From positions 24,738,001 to 24,802,000 of the forward strand of contig CM022677.1 of assembly GCA_012295275.1 (NCBI GenBank): a stretch of DNA of 64,000 nucleotides, in the 5' to 3' direction. Below, piece by piece: positions 31,034-52,813 of this stretch. This stretch comes from Chrysomallon squamiferum (Eukaryota > Animalia > Mollusca). The notes under the pieces are model-generated. The model saw nothing but the letters and a program-made list of their open reading frames with translations. It was not told where the DNA came from and made no database searches. Both the position numbers and the translations under genes were made by a program. Within the stretch, counting starts at the first letter, position 1. Each line of letters begins with the position of its first letter.

Positions 31034-31621
31034 TGATGATGATGATGATGATGATGATGGTTATGATAAAAACAATAATAAAGGTAAAAATCATGCTGTT
31101 ACTGATAATAAGGATGATGATATTACTCATTATGACAAGAGATAAAAATAAAGGGAACTTGAGTTAGAATAATAATAACGAAAAAATTCATTTATTTATT
31201 TTAAAAGAGTTATTAAAAATTGAATATTGATTTTTAGATATAAGGATGACAATTTATACGACGAATTCACCTGAAGTTAAGAAGAAGTACGCGATTTACT
31301 GCCAGGTTTCTCCTACTAGCAACATTGAAGATCTCTCGGCTTTTCAACAAGATTTTGGGTATGGATTTTGGACAGTTTGTGTAATTGACCCAGACTGTAA
31401 CATGATATTTCCAATAAGCCAGTACAGATGTGGATGTCTAGACCCGAAGTCTGAGCCGCGTGTGTACAAATTAGTAATAGCTGAACTAGAGGAACTAGAT
31501 CTGAGTATATGGAGATGTAAAAGTGGACTGAATTGGAGCAACGAAATTCACTTAAATCGGAAAGGTAAAGCAGTTGTAAATATCGACAGTTACTACTACT
31601 ACTAATAATAATAATATTAAT

Positions 31622-31691
<70 letters not shown>

Positions 31692-32266
31692 GTACTATTA
31701 CTACTACTAATAATAATGATCTTGATAACAGTGATAAGAATAATAATAAAGTAACTATCACGCATGCTGTTAACTGATAATAATGATGATGATATTAATC
31801 ATTTTGAAATGAGATAAAATTAGGAAGAACTTGACATACAATAATAATAACATAAGAAACACATTTATTTATTTTAAAAGAGTTATTAAAAATTAAATAT
31901 TGATTCTTAGATATAAGGTTGAAAATGTATACGACGAAGAAACCTGAACTTAAGAAGAACTACACGATTTACTGCCAGGCCTCTCCTGCTAGCGACATTG
32001 AAGATACCTCGGCTTTTCAACAAGATTTTGGGCATGGATTTTGGACAGTTTGTGTAGTTGCTTCAGACTGCAACATGTCATATCCAGTAAACCAGTACAG
32101 ATGTGTATGTGTAGACCCAAAGTCAGAGCCGCGTGTGTACAAAATAGTAATGGCTCCCTTAAAGAAAGTAGATCTGAGTGTATGGAGATGTAAAATTGGA
32201 CTGAATTGGAGCAACGAAATTGACTTAAATCGGACAATGAAAGCAGTTGCAAATATCGAGAGTTAG
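29275..32266 (+). CDS. Unit 6: secreted Ig-like domain protein, SP-A-B-C-C'
   Basis: Exons 29275-29335 (SP), 29748-30077 (A), 30523-30849 (B), 31238-31564 (C, donor GTAAAG), 31911-32266 (C', terminal). Confidence 0.83.
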
Positions 32267-34261
32267 TATTATTACTATTAGTACGACGACTGCTACTACT
32301 TCTACTATTACTACTACTGGTACTATTTCTACTACTACTACTAATATTAATAATAATAATAACAGTAAATGAACAGTTATATAGATATTGTCCCCCGCCC
32401 CTTTTCTCTAGCTGGTTTTTTGTTTTTTTAATTATTATTATTATTATTCGGAATACTCCCAAGTATGTTTCTTCAAGTATTTTCATTACTTCATGGTTCT
32501 GTGTCAGAATTTAAATAGTGATATGTGCATTTCACAGTTTCCTAATTTAGATTATTTAAGTTTATTATTTTATGTTAAACATTCTTGTTTTTCCTTTGTC
32601 TTCTATTTATTTTCATTATTAATTGACTTTCTTGTCTGCATGACTTAAATGTTTGAATATTTTAAATGTTTGCTATATTATTTGTCTTTTTTGATAATAC
32701 ATAATTTTGAAAGTTACAGTTTTATTTTAAAAGTTTTATCTATCTATATCTATCTATATATATATACCTGTCTATATGCCTGTATATACCTGAACTAATT
32801 GGAATGTATTGTATTCAGCATATACAAACATTATATATTTCAGTTAGGAAATCGCTTCATAAGGCGGGACCTATTGCTCTAGTACGCAAATAGAACGTGT
32901 GGCTTTATGTGGTACTTCTAAACAATACGAATATATTCCTTCGTTTCTGTAATTTTGTAATTTTCTTTTCTATTAAAGAAAGCATTCTAAAACCTGGAAA
33001 GAGCGTTATTTCTTCTTTTGTTATGGCAAGTTACATAGAACAAAAAGTATGTGAAATGTTCTTATTTTAATTATACTTCAAAGAATATTATTTTTGAATA
33101 ATGACCATGATTGTGATGATGATGATGATTATGATATATATATATGTATGTGTGTGTGTGTGTGTTAAAAATAGCATAACATTTATCTGACCGGATTAGT
33201 CTGTGAGATGATAAAAAATACGCTTAAAGCACAACAAATCACCGTATAAACCTTTCTCTGTTTTCTTAACTTCAGTCAGTTCTAAATTTCAAAATTGCGG
33301 CAACTTCGTGAAATCAACAATTACTTTGGATGGAAGTAAATATCGTGACAACTTCAGTACAAGTACGATATTACAGATTATTGAAACATGTATTTCCTGT
33401 TTGACGTAAATATCGTAAAGGTCAACTCTACAAACATGATTTTACAATATCAAGAAATTCCCTTCTCCTTTGAAGAAAATGCCTACAGACAAGATATTAA
33501 CATAATATCTAAAAACCGATGTCATCAGGAAACAACTGCATTTGCAGAAAGTAAGAATACAACACTACTTTACACAATCAACTGATTTCCTACACCCATT
33601 CTACACACCTATGTTCTGTCGAGGTTATTACGGAGAGAATTAACGAAGTGCTGATTGTTCTGAGTATTTGCAAGAAATTCCCCTTTCCTTGATGTCACGA
33701 TCAACGAACCAAGTGAATATTTAATAGTTCACATTCATCGTCAAGTAACTGAACCAAATATTTTAGTATGTACACTCAACACCTAACTCACAGTTAAGTT
33801 AGTTGTGGACTTTCTTCGTCAAGTAACTCAATTAAGTATTAGAGTAATTAACAGATTTCATTAGGTAACACGGCTAAGTGTTTTAGTAGTTAACTCTCAT
33901 GAAATGAGCATGCCGTTATCAAAATAGAAATAGCTTATATATTTATCCACCAAAAGTGTATTAATGCGCGTTGTATTCTGATAATATATTTAATTTTGTG
34001 ACCTGTAAATAATGACACGTAAATAATAAGAAGGATGCTCTTAATGCGTGTTAGTAGTGTTGAAATATTATAATTTAGTGAATGAAACCAAAAATGCAAA
34101 GATAGTTCGCTTGACCTGAACGATCTCCATTTTGAATTGTTATCATTTCGCTAAGAGATATAAAAATTTACATTCAATATTAGAAATGAGATACATACTA
34201 AATGCCAAGTACATGTGAGATTTTGCATTAGTTCATTATTTGATATTTTATATATAAGTAA

Positions 34262-34945
34262 ACACAGCGAGAGAATAAAATGAATTACGTCTGTAGTGCT
34301 TTGTTCTCAGTTGTAAGATTGCGTGGAACATATGAAAGTGCATGGAGATGTCAGTTTGGCAGCAGATTCATTAGAAATTTTAAATTTGTAATTCGAGGTA
34401 AAAATAATTTAAATGTTTTTGTTAATTTATAGTTTTATTTATGGCGATGATAAAAACAGTAGTAAAGTAACAATCATGCTGTTACTGGTAATAATGATGA
34501 TGATACGAGAAGAGATAAAATTAAATGCAATTTGAAATAGAGTAATAATAACGAAAATAACCACCACATTATTTATTTTCAAAGCGTTATTAAAATTAAA
34601 TATTGATTTTTAGGTACAAAGATGCAAATTTATACGACGAAGACACCTGAAGTTAAAGAGAACTACACGATTTACTGCCAGGTTTCTCCTACTAGTAACA
34701 ATGACAAGCTCTGGTTTTTACAACAAGATTTTGGGTATGGATTTTGGACAGTTTGTGTAATTAACCCAGACTGCATCATGATATTTCCAATAAGCCAGTA
34801 CAGCTGTGGATGTGTAGACCCGAAGTCAGAGCCGCGTGTGTACAAATTAGTAATAGCTGAACTAGAGGAAATAGATCTGAGTCTTTGGAAGTGCAAAAGT
34901 GGATACCATTCGAAGAACAAAATAGACTTAAGTAAGGTAAAGTAG
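34262..34945 (+). pseudogene. Unit 7: truncated unit with B remnant and an open orphan C exon
   Basis: Promoter block at 33960-34240, but SP and A exons are absent. B remnant 34262-34397 (…tggagatgtcagtttggcagc…cgag|gt). C exon 34614-34945 has an intact acceptor and an open frame. Confidence 0.7.
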
Positions 34946-34997
34946 TTGTAAACAGCAGCAGTTAACAACAACAACAACAACAACAATAATAGTAATG

Positions 34998-35052
<55 letters not shown>

Positions 35053-35734
35053 TAATAATAATAATAACAATAACAAGATACAGCATTCTTCAGCCACATG
35101 AAGTTTTGTTACAGCTATCTTGCAGTCAGACATCGGAGACAAAATTTAGACCATGAAAATGCATTTGAAGATTTCTTAATTTCATATAAAATTATTTGTT
35201 TTCATGGATCTAATAGATTACAGAGAGTTTGACAGTTTGAATTTCTTTGCAGAAAATTTATATATTATATGTTTCAGTTAAGAAATAGGTCCTAAAAGGA
35301 TGAAGAAAGCAATTACTGACATTTGTCATAGGAAACAACGAGAACACGTGACAGGTACGAAAACCGATTTTTCTTACTGCATTTTCCATATAATTACATC
35401 TTTACGTGTTTATTCTAAACAGTACGAATATATTCCTTCATTTCTCTTATACAAAAGGAAAACACATTGTAATTGTTTTTACTATTAAATAAAAGTGTTT
35501 TAAAACTTGGAAAGAGTATTAGTTCTTTCTTTTATTATTGCAGGTTGTACTGGGAATATATTTCTGAAATTGTTCTATTTTGATTGCACTGCATATAATT
35601 ATTGTTTTGAAATATGACGTCAGATACTCTAGATGACGTGTGATCACTCGTAATACTGTGAAATAATGACGTCTGAATTCTGAACCTTTTGAAATATTAT
35701 CTTCATCTAACCTATGAAAAGGAAATTCCTTTGT

Positions 35735-35765
<31 letters not shown>

Positions 35766-36268
35766 TTCATCTATCTACTTATTTATTTTATATTCTCTTA
35801 TTTTTATTATAAGAAAACAGCAATTACATGAGTATGTGTATGTGTATATAAATATATAAATATGTATATGTATAATGCATATATATATATATACATGTAT
35901 GTGTGTGAGAGAGCACTTTGCACTATCACATGAATTACATCTCTCATATCATGTCGCTAAACACAGTAAATAAATTATTTTAAAAATATTATTAGAAAAG
36001 GAAAAATGAGACATAAATATTAACAACAGTCATCTTAGTGAGTGTTAGCAGTGTTAAAATATTATAATTTACTGAAACAAAGATTGTTTTACAGATCGCC
36101 ATTTTTGATTTTGTCGTCAACTGCAAAGAGAGGTCGAGTTTTATTCTAAATATAACAACCGAACTACATACGGAATGCCACATAAATATGTCATTTAACA
36201 TTAGTTTATTATTTTATAATTCATCTAAAATAATTTTTATAAAGCTATTCTACATCTTCAAATAGTTA

Positions 36269-36352
<84 letters not shown>

Positions 36353-37019
36353 ATATATATATATATATACGCATGCATATATGTATATGTAGATCTTTGA
36401 ATAGCTACACACTTACACACACACACAGTGAACGAAAAAAGAAACTTCACTCTCAACATCAGATATGTCACCTAAATATTGCAGTATCAAAATAGAAATA
36501 GCTTGTATGATTACATACGAAGAGAGAAAAATAAACGAATACAAGCATTAACAGCAAAAAGATTGTGATTTCAAGTTTAAAAAATATAACAATATGGCAA
36601 CATTTATAAATAATTTATTTTAATATGGTTACAGTCAGACTTTATATTAAGTTATGTGACATGTAAATAAATTTATAAAACATTATGACAGACAAATAAT
36701 AAGAACAATGCTGTTATTGTGTGTTGGTATTGAAAAATATAATTTACCGAAATAAATTAAATGCGAAGATAGTTGGTTTGACCTCAGTGATCGCCATTTT
36801 GAATTGTCATCACTTCGGTAAGAGATATCAAATTTTACACTGCCTGTCAGAACTTAAATTCATACTTAATGTCAAATGCATGCGACATTTTACTTTAATT
36901 CCTTTTCTATTATTTCGTCTCATGTTTATTCTGCATATTTCACTATATATATATATATATTTCTGTGTGTGTTGTTATATAATATATATGTACACACACA
37001 CTCACACACACGTGTATAT

Positions 37020-38023
37020 ATTCGTTTTTTAGCAGTGTCTACTCGTTGCTTTCTTTTTATAAAATATAAATATACCGTAAATGTAATGATAATAGGCTAC
37101 TTCTACAATTACTACTACTACAGCTAATAATAATGATAATATTTCTGCTGCTGCTACCACAACTACTAATACAATTACTACTGTTACTAGTGTACTACTA
37201 AGTACTAGTATAACCAGTATTTATATTGTTGCCAGTCCTTTTAAAGGCAATAATGGCCGGGATTATGACGATAATATTGTAATACGATTAAAAAACTGCA
37301 ACTACTGCAACTACCGTCATTACTACAAGTACTACTACACCTGCCTCTAAAAGTACTAACACAATTATTATTACTAATGCTACTATTAGTAGAGCCGCTG
37401 CTGCTACTGTTGATATTGGCATTACAAATACAGTTACTACTAATGCAACTCATAACAATAAATATAAAGACAATTTCTGAGGCGAAAATTATATATGTTT
37501 TCGAGATCTGTTATATTATTTTATTTATTTATTTATTTTTTCTTCTTTTTTGTTCTGATAATTGTTTTCTTCGGTACATTAAATAAATAAATAAATAAAT
37601 AATGCTTATTATAACTATAATCATATTTAGATGATGATTATAATGATTAGATTATTTATTTATTTATTTATTTAAATCGCACTTATTAATGATTACTTGT
37701 AATAACAATAAAAACGTATCGTCACTAAATTAATTGAAACCGAATTTGAATTTCCAGAAGCAAACGTTCGAATAAGAGGGTACATGTGGGTGCTGTAGGA
37801 AAGCCATACACTTTACTTTGCTCTGCAAAAACATTTCTGAGGGCAGCAACTCTACAATGATTTTTCAAAAGAAATATGCAGATAAATACACGAGTGCTTG
37901 TCAAGTTGACATGTCCTGCATTCAACGAGAGAAAAGAAATTATGTCTGTGGGTGCCATGAGACTAGCAGGTTTTTCACTGTTTATAAAATGATGTAGAAG
38001 AGATTTTAAATTTGTAATTCAAA
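37020..38023 (+). pseudogene. Unit 8: relic (SP remnant, A exon deleted, frameshifted B exon)
   Basis: gttttttagcagtgtctact SP remnant at ~37024. B exon 37758-38023 has a 1-nt deletion near its start and an internal deletion that removes WRC; it most resembles the unit 3 B exon. Confidence 0.75.
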
Positions 38024-38059
38024 GTAAGAAAAAAAAATCAGAAAATATGATTTTTAATT

Positions 38060-38241
38060 ATAAGTTATATATTTTATTATGAGAGTTATATCAAATCAAT
38101 ACACTTAGCATTTTTTGTCTTTTCCCTTAAAGCTACGCATTTTTCAAGGAAATTTTGTATTTTTCCAAAAATAAGTTTTGCTTATCAGCCGTTTTGCTTT
38201 ATTCTAAGCTGATATTAATGAAATTTATATTTTTAATGCAT

Positions 38242-38291
<50 letters not shown>

Positions 38292-38500
38292 TTTTGTCTC
38301 AAGCCACCATTTTGATAATCCTGAATTAATGTTTTTGTAGCTGTTTTCCTGGGCTTTTTATTCCATATGTACTGAAAGAAATATGTTTCTAAGTTTTTAA
38401 AGAAAGAATCTGTTGGATTTGGCAAATAAGAAAAAAAGATAAATAAATTTCGACAGAACTTTTCATTACAGTAACCTTTCCTAGAGGTGAAATAGAAAGA
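38060..38500 (-). mobile_element. L1/Tx1-like LINE ORF2 fragment
   Basis: Minus strand gives SPLGKVTVMK..SKFIYLFSYLPNPTDSFFKNLETYFFQYIWNKKP...LIQDYQNGGL, typical of the post-RT region of L1/Tx1-clade ORF2. Confidence 0.8.
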
Positions 38501-38944
38501 GACAACATAAAAACACGTTTCATTTTTGTCTTTCCTGTGAGCTTCTAGTTCACTATGTGTCTCCTTTGGCTAGCTTTTTTCCTTAATTGAACATATCTAG
38601 ATTCTCTTATCTAAGATTAAATTCCAGTCTCCTGTTACTATATGTGATACATTTCCCATTTTCTCTATAACAGTTGTTTCAAAAATGCTTGTTTATCTTC
38701 ATCGCTTCGACCGCAATATTAATGAGTCATTCGCTTTTATTTAATGACATGTCTACTCCTTATAAATTACTATGAATGCTACATACTTTCCAATGTACAC
38801 TTATTGGGTAATATTCCGTGTCTTCAGAACTAATAATTTAATAATAATAATAATATATATATATATATATATATAAATTAAAAAACACCCAACATATTGC
38901 AATAAACATTTATCGAAATTAAATATTACTTTTAAATGAAAATG

Positions 38945-39012
<68 letters not shown>

Positions 39013-39167
39013 AATAATAAAAATAATAATAATAATAATACGATACTGCATGAGTGACCCATATAAAGTATCTGTACAATTATCTATAGTCAAAAACCGG
39101 AGATAATGTATTTACCTTAATCAAAGGTTACTTAATTTCTTAATTTACACTATTTAACGTTATTTTG

Positions 39168-39230
<63 letters not shown>

Positions 39231-39599
39231 AGAAACATATGGTTCTTTTTTAACTATGTTTCTTTTTTATCTGCATTGCACGTTTTAAAATGTGTTTTAA
39301 AATCTTTAATTTGTATTTTTTATTTTTGTTTTTGTTTTATGGATATACAGTAGAGTATAGACAAGTTTTACAGTGTTATTAAATGTAACCTATGAAAAGT
39401 ATATTTATATGTTATTTTATTTATTTATACTTCATCTGTTTTTATATCTTCACATAGACACACACACACGCTTTATTTTACGGGATTCATGATTAGGCTA
39501 TTCAGCATTAAACAGACAAATTCAAGAGAATTTGTTTTTTCTCCGTTTCCTTGAACTTTAATCAGTTCTATATACCAACATTTTGGCAATGTCTTGCAA

Positions 39600-39935
39600 A
39601 CTTTTGATTGGAAGAAAATACCGCAAAAATCATCTTTACAAACATAACACAAAGTTATTTCTTTCGGGTTTGAAGAAAATATCGTAAAAACTATCTCTAC
39701 AAATATGATAGCACAACACCATCAAGACATTCCATTCTGCTTTGAAATAAAACTCGTAAAAGTCATCTCTACAATACTAAAAGTGATACTAACAATAGCA
39801 GAAAAATATTTCCTTGTCTTGTGAAGAAAATATCAAGAAAATCATCACTATACACATGAAACTATATTAATATGAAAATACTGTCTTCTGATTTGAAGAA
39901 AATACCGTAAAAATCATCTCGAAAAACTTGTGACT
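39600..39935. repeat. Degenerate ~70-bp tandem repeat, about 5 copies
   Basis: Core tttgaagaaaata(t/c)cgtaaaaatcatctctacaa recurs at ~39605, 39669, 39741, 39819 and 39892. Related 3-copy arrays at ~23080, 28270 and 33325. Confidence 0.65.
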
Positions 39936-40651
39936 AGACTTATATCCAGATTTAAGTTTGATCACCAATTAACACTATATTTCCTGCATATAGGCACACA
40001 ACACTACTTTGCACAGTCTTGTGATTTACTTCAGACATATCATGTCGTGCTATACAGCCGTGGTTATTACGGAGACAGTTAATGAAGTACTGCTTTTTCT
40101 GAGTATTTGCAAGAAATCCATCTTTCCTGTAAGGATGAAGTAGTGAACTATTTATTTCAGCAATTCATATCACCAAGTAACTTAACCAAATTGTTTAGTA
40201 ATTCACTATATTATTCAAGTGAATCAGTTAAGTATTTACTTCATTTTCGTCATGAAGAAACTGAAATAATTATTTTAGTAATTCACTGTTATTATCACGT
40301 GATAACAATATAATCATGTGTATGACTTGTAAATAAATTTGTAAAATGCAATGTCATATAAATAATAACAAAAATCCTCTGAGTGAATGCTAGTGGTGTT
40401 AAAATATTATAATTTACTGAAACGAATCAAATGCAAACATTATTCTACAGATCTAATTGATCGCCATTTTAACTATGTCAAAATGTGGAAAGAAGTTTTA
40501 CTCTAACTATAACTACCTAATTAAATACAGAATGTCACAGATATATGACATTTAACATTAGTTTATTATTCATCTACATCAGTATTAAATTTCAAAAATC
40601 TATTTCGGATATATTTATGTGTGAATATGTATGAATAGCGCAGTGACACAA

Positions 40652-40701
<50 letters not shown>

Positions 40702-40771
40702 TAATGTGATAGAGACAAGAGAACATTATTTGAGAATACTGGATAGAACAGAAAGTTTCGCACTTACAGTC

Positions 40772-48903
<8,132 letters not shown>

Positions 48904-49477
48904 ATAGTGAGATGTGCATTACATATGTGTGTGTATATATATAAATATGTGTGTGTGTGTGTGTGTGTGTGTCAGACTGTCATTCTATATATCTATTTAC
49001 TGATATATCTGACTGTCGGTCTATCTGTTTGTTTGTCTGTCTATCTTTATAAACCCTGCAATATTCGAATATATTTCAGTTAACCAATCGCCTCGGACGG
49101 GACGATAAAAACAGAGGAAATCATTCACTTGTGGCATAGCAAAGAACGAAAAGACGTGGGTTCAACGAAAACAGATTTTTTTTATTTAACTGTCCACGAA
49201 ATTCTAGTTCACGTGGTACTTCTATCCAGTACGAATTTGTTCCTTCATTTCTATTGTTCAAATGTAAGTAATTTATTAATTTCGCTCTCTATTAAAGAAA
49301 AGCTTTCTAAAACCTGGAAGGAGCGTTATTTCTTCTTTAATTATGGCAAGTTATAAAGAAGAAAAAAACATGTGAAATCGTTCTTATTTTAAATATACTT
49401 CAAATAATGTTGTTATAGAATAATTAACGTGATCATGATGATTATAATGATGATTATGATATATATATATATATATA

Positions 49478-50141
49478 TACTCCCAAAAAAGAAACGCAAA
49501 ATGGTTGATTTGTTAGGTTACTGTTGTAAACTGACACATATCGATGTACAAACTATAAATATAATGACATTTGGTGATTCAAACGTATAGCTTTTATTAC
49601 AGTCGCCAAAAAGCAGGTAACACAAAACAAAGGCTATGATCGTATTTTTACGCAAAACGTCCCCGCCTGTAAATCACGTGAATATTTGAATACGAGGGTT
49701 ATAAAAATGCAAGGTTTTCGAAAACTTATGTTCGTTATTTGTGTTCTGACCCAACATCAAACAAATGCCACGACTGAGTGAACCGCAACGAAACAACGCC
49801 ATCTGCCGTTTACAAGCTGGCGAATCCTTCTCGGCCGTAGCCCGGGTGTTCCATGTATCCCCAAGCACCATCTTGAGATTCTGGTATCGGTTCCAGCAAC
49901 ACCAAACAACACGAGACCGTCCCAGATCAGGCAGACCACGTGTAACAACCAGGACCGCTACATACGGGTACTTCATCTGCGGGAAAGAACTACCACGGCT
50001 ACCTCTACTGCTTCAGCAATACCAGGTCTGCATAGAATATCGGCTCAGACAGTGCACAATCGTTTACATGAGGCAGGTATTCGAGCCAAACGGCCTGTAA
50101 CAAGAGTGGTTTTGACTCAACAACATCGTCGACTACGACGT
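49478..50141 (+). mobile_element. Tc1-like transposon, 5' half only
   Basis: Left TIR tactcccaaaaaagaaacgcaaaa in a TA run. ORF 49765 (MPRLSEPQRNNAICRLQAGES...RPRSGRPRVTT) is a Tc1 paired-like HTH with the GRPR motif. Truncated at ~50141. Confidence 0.9.
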
Positions 50142-51003
50142 ACAGATATGACACTAAAATAATATCTAAATATCGGTGTAATCACGAACTAGAACTGTAT
50201 TTGCAGAATGTAACAATACATTAATAGTTTGCACAATCAAGAGATTTGTTTGACCCATCATGTCGCACAACACAGCTATGTTCTGTCGAAGCCTTTACAC
50301 AGAGAGTTAATGAAGTACAGCTTCTTCTGAAATTTCCAAGAAATTCCTCTTTCCTTGAAGCCATGATCAGCCAAACAATTAGGTATATTAGAAGTTCTTT
50401 GTCATCATCAAGTAACTGAACAAAGTATTTTAGTAGATCACCGTTATCAAATAACTGAAATAAGTATCTTAATAGTTAACAGTCATCATCAAGTAACTAA
50501 ACCAAATATTTTAGTGTATACTGTCAAAACGTAATTTAGTTAGGTGTTTTTGTTTTGGACTTAATTCACCAAGTAATTCAGTTAAGTATTAGAGTAGTTC
50601 GCACATTTCATCAGGTAACTCAGCCAAGTGTTTTAGTAGTTAACTCTCATCAACAGTTACCTGAAGTAAGTATTAAAGTATCAAAATAGAAATATCTTAT
50701 ATAATTATACACGATGATAGAAAATAAATGAATAGTAACATTAAAAGGGAAAAAGTTTGTGGTTTCAAGACAAAGAAATATAACATTGTGACAACATTAA
50801 TAAATTCAGACAATATATTCAATTCTCTGACCTGTAAATAAGTTTATAAAAAAAGAATCACACTAAAGCAGTAAGAACAGTACTCTTAGTGTATAACTGT
50901 AGTTAAAATGTTATAATTTACTGAAACAAATCAAATGCAAAGTTGGCTTGACCTGAATGATCGCCATTTTGAAATGTCATCACTTGGCTAAGAGACATCA
51001 GAG

Positions 51004-51595
51004 TTTTACACTGAATATGAGGACTTAAATGCATAATAAACATCAAATACATGCGACATTTTACACTGAATATGAGATCATAAATGCATAATAAACATCA
51101 AATACATGAAACATTTTACACTGAATATGAGATCATAAATACATAATAAACATCAAATACATGAAACATTTTACACTGAATATGAGATCATAAATACATA
51201 ATAAACATCAAATACATGAAACATTTTACACTGAATATGAGATCATAAATACATAATAAACATCAAATACATGAAACATTTTACACTGAATATGAGATCA
51301 TAAATACATAATAAACATCAAATACATGAAACATTTTACACTGAATATGAGATCATAAATACATAATAAACATCAAATACATGAAACATTTTACACTGAA
51401 TATGAGATCATAAATACATAATACATATCAACTACATGAAACATTTTACACTGAATATGAGATCATAAATACATAATACATATCAACTACATGAAACATT
51501 TTACACTGAATATGAGATCATAAATACATAATAAATATCAAATACATGCGAATTTTACACTGAATATGAGATCATAAATACATATTAAATGTCAT
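51004..51595. repeat. 55-bp minisatellite, about 10.7 copies
   Basis: Unit ttttacactgaatatgagatcataaatacataataaacatcaaatacatgaaaca at 51004+55n; the central copies are identical. Confidence 0.95.
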
Positions 51596-51668
51596 ATTCA
51601 AGCGATATTATACTTTAGGTTTCTATTTTATTTTATATTGTTTATTCTGCATATTTCAATATATATGA

Positions 51669-51701
<33 letters not shown>

Positions 51702-52087
51702 TGTGCGTGTGTACAAATTATCTGTATGTATATACATACAGCACACAACGAATATACTGGTACAAGTTTATGAAAACATCACTTCAAAAAACTGGATATA
51801 AAAGAATGTTTCACAATTTCAGTGATGATAATTCCTTGGTGTTTTTTCGCCTACAGGGTCGTTTTCACAGCAGTGTCTACAAGTTACTTTTCTTTTGATA
51901 ACTATGAATATAATATAAATGTAATGATAATAGGCTACTTCTATTATTACGACTACAGTTGTTAATAATAATAACATTGCTGCTGCTGCTAGAAAAACTA
52001 TTACTACAATTAATACTGTTACTAATACTGCTACTAGAACGACTACAACCAGAATCTGTATTGCTGTCAGTACTTATCATAATAACT

Positions 52088-52540
52088 TACTGAACGAAAA
52101 AGAAAAAAGAAACTGCCGATTTGTACTTATAGTATTTCTTGTGTTAAAGAATTAATTGTGTTATTAAATTATATAGGTCGTATTAGACTTGAGGACTGAC
52201 GAATTATATCTATTATTTTTGCACCGTTAATCGTCAACAACGTGAAACTCGATTTCCACGTGCGTTCGACATTTCCCGTGCAGCAGTCGGTCGATTTGTT
52301 TCACTTGTCTTAAGTAAAGTGAACGGACACGGTACAAAAAAATATAATAATAATAATTTTAAAAATAAAATTTTGTACACTGTAGCATTCTTGGTATGCC
52401 AGCAACACTCAACAATATACACAAACGAGCGATCGTCATGCATGATGCTGGCATGTCGACAGAAGATGTTGATAACGTCGTGTTTGTAGTTCCGTTCGAC
52501 AGATATAATAATATAACAACGTAAATACTTTCCCAGTGTC
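52088..52540 (+). mobile_element. Tc1-like 5' fragment (TIR type as at 8844)
   Basis: Begins tactgaacgaaaaagaaaaaagaaac. From 52396 it encodes MPATLNNIHKRAIVMHDAGMSTEDV, a degenerate Tc1 N-terminus. Confidence 0.65.
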
Positions 52541-52813
52541 ACATGAATATGACATTTAACAACAGCTTATTATCTTATATTTATCTAAATTAAATTTTAG
52601 AAAACTATTCTGGATATTTCTATAAGTATATATATATATATATATATATATAAGCAGTTTACATATACTCTCTCAAAAAAGAAACGCAAAATGGTTGATT
52701 TTAAATATACTTCAAATAATGTTGTTATAGAATAATTAACGTGATCACGATGATTATAATGATGATTATGATATATATATCTATATATATCTATATATAT
52801 ATATAGATATATA

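Larger units (their letters stand above)
22020..33150. repeat. Recent tandem segmental duplication, ~5.2-kb period (units 5 and 6 with flanks)
   Basis: Near-identical intergenic and intron blocks at 22030/27175/32450, 22900/28090, 23330/28500, 24040/29230 and 25100/30330. Confidence 0.85.

Noticed and set aside
31316-31765. Recurrent antisense ORFs over the C exons (e.g. 2719, 12706, 26078, 31989)
   Set aside because: Shadows of the conserved sense exons; they recur only because the exons are paralogous.
51004-51595. Possible CRISPR array
   Set aside because: Head-to-tail identical 55-bp units with no unique spacers, no cas genes, eukaryotic context.
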